Shown: positions 57,144 to 64,000 of the stretch, one piece after another
Numbering within the stretch: the stretch's first letter is position 1
How the letters are laid out: the number at the start of each line of letters is the position of its first letter
Source of the DNA: Minutocellus sp. GHC0000111
Taxonomy: Eukaryota
Assembly: GCA_977018835.1 (NCBI GenBank)
Contig: OZ361257.1
Coordinates: 992,001-1,056,000, forward strand
Reading direction: 5' to 3'
Length of the DNA stretch: 64,000 nucleotides
Notes under the pieces: model-generated
Seen by the model: the letters and a program-made list of their open reading frames with translations, nothing else
What the model was told of the DNA's origin: nothing
The model's database searches: none
Made by a program: the position numbers and the translations under genes

Positions 57144-58424
57144 TTACACTGGAAGGACACAGGGGGCCTCTCGCAACAAGTGAAATATAACGCCAATGTC
57201 ACCATCCTTGCCCATGGCAGCCGACACGACAGGAAAATTCCCATTGCAATCTCGTATGTGCAACGCCGACGGATTGGACACCACAATTGAATGCAGGGCA
57301 TGGTCATATGGTCTACCACTTTCGGCGGCATGATGAAGAACATGCTTTCCATCTCTATCAGCCACACAGCTGATGTCGCCATAGTTATATGCACCAATCT
57401 GAGTTGGGACTACTTTTGTCATCTCGGACGCTTGTAGGAGCATCTCAATGACGGCCGGCGAAGTACTCTTGTTGGCTGCAGCAATCGCCACGCATGACCT
57501 ATCGAGGCAATCCAATTCGAACACTTGGTTGGGATACGCCAGCATCCCCTTTTCTATGAGCTCAAACGAACAGCCCGCTTCGATCGCAGCATGTAGGGTA
57601 AGCAGATTGTGGCAGGCATCACGGCAATTGAAGGGTGGCAATACGGCACCAAGTAGCATCGTCAACTTCTGCCAGAAATGAGATATTGACTTGCGGCTGC
57701 CACAGCTACTTTTTTGGATATTGCTGGTATTTCTATTCTCATCACAGCAGCTCCAGTCACTACCACGAACGATCTTATCGCAGAGATAGTCCAGAGGAGT
57801 TTTGCCGGAATGGTCACGGACATGAACTCCTCCGTTTCCAGGTCCACCGCCAAGTCCATGTTTCAAGCCCTCCTCGACGAGGAGTCGGCAGAGTTCCGGC
57901 GATGCATCACGATTCAAGCAGGCCCTGTGCAAAGGCAACTGGCCGAGGTGGCAGCGAGTGGCAACTCCCTTGGGATATGCGTCGAGCAAAACCTGGGCAG
58001 TGCCTTCATCTCTGGCAACATGAATGGGCAATTTCTCGTAGTAATGTTCAGCCTGGCCGGCAGCTGACGGATTGGCCTCGAGGACCATCTGCACAACGTC
58101 CTTCGTCGAGTGTATCGTTGCGTAGTACAATGGCGTATTGCCGATTTCATCCCTCTGACCAACAGCGGCGGGATAGGCATCGATGAGAGCTCGGATCACT
58201 TCGGGCGGTGCCGGGTGGTCCCTGAAACGCGACAGCGCAAGTTGCAAAGGAAATCGTGGCCGGCCGCTGCGAATGGAACCACCGCGTTTCGTCGCAGCCT
58301 CATGAGGATGCGTCTTCGTCCTCTCCAACACATGGCGCCAATTCAGCTTTCCCGGCAATCGGAGCAAATCATGAAGACATGTGTTGGCAGACGACGGGAG
58401 AGCAAGTGCCAATGGTTGTGTCAT
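57144..58424 (-). CDS. Ankyrin-repeat protein
   Basis: Repeated GNTPLYYA, KLPIHVA, GQLPLHRAC, GKTPLDYL, GKHVLHHAA units. Confidence 0.85.
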   Translation of the reverse strand: MTQPLALALPSSANTCLHDLLRLPGKLNWRHVLERTKTHPHEAATKRGGSIRSGRPRFPLQLALSRFRDHPAPPEVIRALIDAYPAAVGQRDEIGNTPLYYATIHSTKDVVQMVLEANPSAAGQAEHYYEKLPIHVARDEGTAQVLLDAYPKGVATRCHLGQLPLHRACLNRDASPELCRLLVEEGLKHGLGGGPGNGGVHVRDHSGKTPLDYLCDKIVRGSDWSCCDENRNTSNIQKSSCGSRKSISHFWQKLTMLLGAVLPPFNCRDACHNLLTLHAAIEAGCSFELIEKGMLAYPNQVFELDCLDRSCVAIAAANKSTSPAVIEMLLQASEMTKVVPTQIGAYNYGDISCVADRDGKHVLHHAAESGRPYDHALHSIVVSNPSALHIRDCNGNFPVVSAAMGKDGDIGVIFHLLREAPCVLPV

Positions 58425-58817
58425 TGCACAAGCAAAGTTAGGCGAGTGGTAGGGCGCCAAAAATACGATGAGGAGGAACAATGAGCAAATGCACAGCAGC
58501 AACTTGCAAACTGTAACTTTGGGTCGCTAGAACTTCCTCTATGTCGACAGTCTACGTTGCAACCCACAGAGACAATGTCATTGGCGAGGGGAATGGCAGT
58601 GGACGACAGACGACGTCAACGCCGCGTCTCGTCTCTTCTTCCGAAAAGAGAGAGGGAAGAACAATCGCTTCGAAGAACGCAAAACAGGACGTGTGCGAGG
58701 CGGCGGCTGACGTGTCGATTTACACGTCACAGGTTCGATATAAATCGACTCATTCGACTCTATTGCCGGCATGATGGAAACATTGCAACCTCCCCGCCGA
58801 CGCCGACCGCTGCATTG

Positions 58818-60086
58818 ATGATGCTGATGGTGGAGCAACCTCCGCGCCGAAGACGACCAGCGGCCCTACGAGTATTCTCGGTAGCGGCGGCGACCGCTGC
58901 ATTGCACTCGTCTTTGCCTGACTCTTGTGCATGTGCCTTCTCGCTGTCGGGATCCTCGCCGGCACGTGTCGCCTCATTCAGGCTCTCTGCATCTGATGTG
59001 AAAAACGATGAGTCAGCATTGATGGAATTTGCCGTTTCGGATAGGAGAGCCTTCTTCGCATCTACAACGGCAGCGGCAGGTGCAGTCCTAGCGACGTCAG
59101 CAGTACTTGTTGCGGATGCTGAAGAGGCGGTGGCCGAGGGTGGGAATGAGCAACAATCCGGTGCTACTGCTGGGTCTGGCAAAGTCGACGTCGAAGCGAT
59201 ACTTCAAAAATCTGCTAAGCGTGCACTTGGGGGTGGCAAGGCTGGAGCATCGGCTGCGGTGGTCCAGGTGCTCAGTCTCATGTGGCTGCGAACGGCCATG
59301 AATTACCAATATCGCTATGGTGGCGACTTTACTTCCTCTCTCAAGACATTGTACAGCGACGGTGGCATCGGTCGGTTGTATCAGGGGTTGCCGTTCGCCC
59401 TCGTACAGGGCCCATTGACAAGATTTGGTGATACTGCCGCCAATGTTGGCATACTAGCCTTGCTGGCCAGCATTCCCGAAACACAAGATCTACCCTTGCC
59501 CATTCGAACGGCTGCTGGAAGCATCACCGCGGGACTTTGGAGGATATTTTTGATGCCGGTAGACACATCGAAAACAGCCATGCAAGTGGAGGGCAAGTCG
59601 GGCTTGGAAAATTTGTTTGAACGAGTAACGTCGGAAGGTCCTGCGCCGCTGTATCAGGGCTCGCTGGCATCTGCCGCAGCGACAGCTGCTGGCCATTTTC
59701 CTTGGTATTTGACGTATAACTCCCTGAACGAGTACCTTCCCGTGGCCTCCAAGGAAGAGGTGTTGTTGACGTTGCTACGCTCTGCATTTTTAGGCCTGAC
59801 GGCAAGTTGTGTCAGTGACTGTGTAAGCAATAGTCTTCGTGTCATCAAGACCACCAAGCAAACCGCCGGGTTGGGAAAGGCTTCCGGTACCACTGGAGGA
59901 GAAGTGAAGGGTGATGCAAATGACGCTAAGGAAATATCCTACCAGGAAGCCCTTCAGCTCGTATTGGAAACGGATGGAATTCAGGGACTCTTTTTCCGCG
60001 GCCTTCAGACGCGACTCCTCACAAATGCCATCCAGGGAGCAGTGTTCTCAGTTTTGTGGAAATACTTTCAGACCGTTCAGGCGTAA
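58818..60086 (+). CDS. Mitochondrial-carrier-family (SLC25-like) protein with plastid-type presequence
   Basis: GGIGRLYQGL, MPVDTSKTAMQ, GIQGLFFRGLQTRL. N-terminus has a hydrophobic signal ending ACA-FS, then DRRAFF plus a hydrophobic stretch. Confidence 0.85.
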   Translation: MMLMVEQPPRRRRPAALRVFSVAAATAALHSSLPDSCACAFSLSGSSPARVASFRLSASDVKNDESALMEFAVSDRRAFFASTTAAAGAVLATSAVLVADAEEAVAEGGNEQQSGATAGSGKVDVEAILQKSAKRALGGGKAGASAAVVQVLSLMWLRTAMNYQYRYGGDFTSSLKTLYSDGGIGRLYQGLPFALVQGPLTRFGDTAANVGILALLASIPETQDLPLPIRTAAGSITAGLWRIFLMPVDTSKTAMQVEGKSGLENLFERVTSEGPAPLYQGSLASAAATAAGHFPWYLTYNSLNEYLPVASKEEVLLTLLRSAFLGLTASCVSDCVSNSLRVIKTTKQTAGLGKASGTTGGEVKGDANDAKEISYQEALQLVLETDGIQGLFFRGLQTRLLTNAIQGAVFSVLWKYFQTVQA

Positions 60087-60724
60087 AAGAAATTATACTG
60101 TATGTACTGGTACCGGTAGATCTACACATGCGTGTAAAAGAGTCTAACACAGTCTGGAGTTCTTCACCACCGACGTCCACCGAAGGCTGTGCATTATTAT
60201 TTTAATATAGATCTAATTGGAAATTCCTAGATCTATGCAAATCTACATGGTGCGTTGCCTGACTTGACTTAAATCTAGGGATCCCGCTGGCTACATGTGG
60301 GCCCGGGCGCCCTCTAAGACAGACCACATGACGTCACCACCTGAGAGGGTGGGCGTGGCCAATTTAGCATACGAGAATGCTGAACTTAAAATAGTTGCAA
60401 TAACCTAGGGTGGCGGATAAACGTATGTAAGTCGCTTATTTACGTCGCAATTGGGCATTCTGGCTTTCTGGCTCGCAAAGTGTATGGAAATTGGCGCACT
60501 TTTGGCCGTGCAGACTAATGGCCTTATCCGGCCAACTTTCAGTTTCAGCCTCGCAAATGGGCTAGGCTGGCTTTGGTGTCTGGAAGCACTGATTTTTTCA
60601 TAGAGAAAGCAGGCATGCTGTTATTGACTGGCTTGCTCTGTGAGGCCTTAGTTCCTGGTAGAAATGGCCTTATTTTTAGTGGCCCCAGGCTTGCTCTTGC
60701 CGCCAAGGTAACTTTTCAATTCCC

Positions 60725-60973
60725 CAAATTAAGAGATGTAATTCTTAAATCCGCGCCAAATCAAGAGATGTAACTCTTAAATCCGCGCCAAATCAAGAGA
60801 TATAACTCTTAAATCCGCGTCAAATTAAGAGATGTAACACTCTTAAATCCGCGTCAAATTAAGAGATGTAACTCTTAAATCCGCGTCAAATTAAGAGATA
60901 TAACTCTTAAATCCGCGTCAAATTAAGAGATGTAACTCTTAAATCCGCGTCAAATTAAGAGATGATGTAACTC
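60725..60973. repeat. 32-bp tandem array, 7 full copies plus 1 partial
   Basis: Unit CAAATTAAGAGATGTAACTCTTAAATCCGCGY starting at 60725, 60757, 60789, 60821, 60855, 60887, 60919, 60951. Confidence 0.95.
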
Positions 60974-61066
60974 CGTCAGTTCGTCTCGTCGTCTCATGTT
61001 CTTTGGGAGAAATTGTTCTCGGTGAGCACATTAGAAAAATATCAATCCTAATCACCGATGAACACT

Positions 61067-61261
61067 CTAGAACCTCCCAGACTCGGAGGAATTCATAGGA
61101 ACATGTTCCTTGAGCTTCCTCCGCGCCAGGGCACGTGCTGCCCCGTCTGCTTGCGCTTCCTTGCTCTTCCGCCCAGCACCACGGCGAGCGCCGCCGGCGT
61201 GGTGCCCCTTTTGGTTCTTCGAACCAGGTGGTCTTCCACCAGACATGCTGGTTGAAAGCAC
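61067..61261 (-). other. Short ORF remnant with AT-hook-like motifs, possibly the 5' end of a transposon gene
   Basis: GGRPPGSKNQKGHHAGGARRGAGRK, truncated about 90 bp before the tandem array. Confidence 0.35.
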
Positions 61262-61749
61262 GAATGAATCGAGTCAGCTTCGAGGAAACGAGTGGGATCG
61301 ATTGCAGCGTTTTTGCTGTTTTTTTCGAATCAGATTTGCAGATTGGTGGTGGTGACGCTGCTCAAAAGGGTTCTTTCATACGAGAGAAAGAAAGAAGAGA
61401 GCTCGAAAGGGCTCAAGTCTATGTACCTATGCCCTTTCTCCCGTATTGACAGATCAAAAAGAAAGATTGGGCATAAGTACATACACATCCCCAGAACGAA
61501 GCATCTGCCAAATAAATTGGCAAGTCCAAGTCGCCAGCCGGGCGAGTCGAGTCGACTTATTCGACTGATGAGACCGATCCCGTTTTGCTTGGCATTGCAT
61601 TATTCTCACACGATCGACCGACGCCGGTTCTTGATACAACGACGACCAGCCAGCAAGTTCGGCACCTCCCACCGAACGTCTCAAAAACAAGCAATGACGC
61701 TGGCACTACCTCTTCGATAACGACAGGGGCATCATTCCAGTTACTTGCG

Positions 61750-64000
61750 ATGTTCTCGTCGTGCCAAATTATTTGCAAGGTGCTCTTCGTGAGCATAATC
61801 ATCAATTTTGTGCTCCTCCGATCATCATCGGCCGCATCATCATTGACCACGCCATTGACCACCTCCACGGTGCAGCAAAGCGGCTTTTCAGAAGTCTTTC
61901 AAACAATTGCTAAGTATTGGCTCACCAGATTCGATGCTCGATCTAGTGTCCCGACAATTCTTTCGTTAGCAACCGCCGGTGATGGTGATCCCGACCAGGG
62001 AGTTCTCTCCCTCCGAAGGTCCCTCGTCGCCGGTGATTTCGACGAATTAAATTTGCTTCTCAAAGAAATCACTGTCCAGGCGCCGGACACCACAGTGAAA
62101 CAGAAAATTCTGTGGAATGACCTCAAGTTGGATCTGAAGAATATTAGATGCTATGACATCAGCGTTGAGGATGTACAGAATAGCTTTGAGCAAACCAGCA
62201 GTCAGAAGATATGTGTTCCCATTGATATTTTGGGATTGGACATGTGCAAATAAACCAAAGCCTCAGATTGAAAACATTACCATCAAGAGCGGTGTAAAGA
62301 ATTTAATCGTTGATCTCTCCTTCTTTCTGGCGCTGAACCAAGACGCCCTGGGAAACATCCAGCTCGGTGCGATGCTATCTTTGGCTCAAATCCCCTCTTG
62401 TCTTCTTGGTGCCATTCACAAGGCAAAGGTGTCTGGTCTATCAGTTGTTGTCGATGACATTGAGGATGTTTCAGTAACTAGTTTCATCAGTCCTGGGATC
62501 GATCGGATTTTGCGAACCGCCGCAGAACTTGCGTTTAAGATGTATAAGGCGCCGATGCTGGATGCGATGCCCAATTTTTTTCAGATAAAGGTGAGGGAGA
62601 TTATGAATGATTTTCTTGCAAATCAAGTTGATTCGGAGAAGAAGGCTCGCACCTGTCAGCAGGATGCCAACAACAGAGGACTTTTGGAGAACTTCGTCTT
62701 GACACGGCAGGCTTGAGTATTGCCGTTACTTCTATCCACATTAGAGGTCTTGATACGATCTCTCGATTAGACATTCTTGAAGCAATTGGCAGGCAAACGC
62801 TCATGAATAAGGTGTCCTTCAAACATTTGGATCTCGAGGTCCATCTTTCTATTACCGACAAAGGTCGAATGCTTGAGCAAGGCGATGGGGAGAAAATAGT
62901 GATGACAATGGGGCTTGAGAGTATTGATGCTGACATTGCACTGTTAATTGCAATGGACTTGAATTTGTTTGGAGATCTTGAGCTTGGTTCCATGCTTTAC
63001 TTGGGAAAGATCTTGCCCTGTGTTCTGTCTGCGTCTCGCGCCGTCGAATTTTCTCAGCTCCTGCTGCAGGTAGGAGATATCAAGGAACCAGAAATTACCG
63101 GTTTCATTTCTTCCGACGCCGAGGAATCTATTCGGTCCACAACCCGAGCAATTTTCGACAAGTATCGAGAAATCATTCTGAACTCCGTACCTTCTTTCTT
63201 TGATCAGACTGTTCGCCCTTTGGTCAATGATATCCTCTCCAACTACGTGGAAGCCGAATCGAACCGCTCTTGTCCCTCTGTGTCGTCTCCCGAGCTGAAT
63301 GGCTTTGTGAATTTTCACGATCTTCTCTTGTCCGAAAGAGAGGCAGCAATGTCGGGTGGGCGAGGAACTTCCCCTTACGGCGACCTCTTACGGCGCGCGA
63401 TGAAAATGATCAACAACCAAATCCTCGCGGTTGATGGCGACGGTCTTTCGAGAATCAATAATGTTGTGTTTGGGCCGATGACTGAGGCTCAGTCCAGTGT
63501 GCCGGGATCTCTACTTTATCCGGGCGACATATTTGGTGGAGCTAGCAATGTGAACATTGGTGGCTTCAAAGCTACTGTTGAAGTTCGAGCGTTCGATGCT
63601 GCCATCGAACACATCAACACTGTTGGCGAACCTCTATAATTATTGGATCCTGTCCAATATGAGCCAAATGTGCTTGATAACACAGCTACCTTTGGAGTCG
63701 GGAAGGATCCTCTCCGTGCGTCGGTAGCATTTCTGATTTCCATAATGGGTAAAGACGGCAAGTGACTTTATCTTTGGGTCATACTGTACGATCGCATGCG
63801 TTCGGAAAGAGGTATCATCACTTTCACTAATAAAATCTCTCTCTCTCTCCCTCTTCGAATTACACCTTCCTCAATACTGCAACGCTCTAATTTTTCACCT
63901 TCGTACGTGCAAACAGACGATTTAAGCATGAGAAACGAGATTGTTGTCTCAGCTGATTTGAGCGCTGCGACTGTTGTGGCGTCGGCGCTAGTTCAGATGA
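61750..64000 (+). CDS. Large secreted or membrane protein with repeated beta-rich/helical modules; disrupted and partial at window edge
   Basis: Signal peptide at 61750. Internally repeated module (LALNQDALGNIQLGAML..IPSCLL / IAMDLNLFGDLELGSML..ILPCVL). Shifts near 62250 and 62710, in-frame TAA at 63637-63639, intron ending 63916. Confidence 0.6.

Noticed and set aside
60300..60320. GCGCCCTCT resembling the Kolobok right terminus
   Set aside because: Only about 9 bp match, no TTAA and no partner end
60725..60973. CRISPR array (32-bp palindromic repeats)
   Set aside because: Units are directly adjacent with no unique spacers, there are no cas genes, and the context is eukaryotic
570..63761. 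Numerous antisense or overlapping ORFs in the ORF track (e.g. 2791-3405, 10144-10848, 54653-55465)
   Set aside because: They are shadows of real coding sequence on the opposite strand or in another frame, with no independent protein features

Overview
Gene-dense eukaryotic nuclear DNA, most likely from a diatom or other ochrophyte: short GT-AG introns, bipartite signal-plus-'AF' plastid presequences, and a dispersed 5S rRNA gene. It holds about 27 host protein-coding genes, including SF3B6/p14, a VPS13-like giant, heme oxygenase, a class I aldolase, an LSMT-like SET protein, a RluA pseudouridine synthase, LOG, a lipase and a RID/DNMT4-type cytosine methyltransferase. Several mobile-element relics lie between them. 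The clearest accessory system is a 4.24-kb Kolobok DNA transposon (9018-13257) with both ends intact (TTAA target duplication, 20-bp TIRs) and two convergent genes: an internally deleted DDE transposase and a KolX protein that appears fused to an RPA70N-like OB fold. Other notable items are a decayed RAG1/Transib/Chapaev-like transposase, a TIR element family with AGAGTGATT ends, a 32-bp palindromic tandem array, a direct repeat with CpG-deamination signatures next to the methyltransferase, and clusters of short palindromes in intergenic spacers. Many unrelated genes carry homopolymer frameshifts, small deletions or in-frame stops, so part of the apparent decay may be assembly error. All family assignments come from motif recognition by eye; no database search was run.
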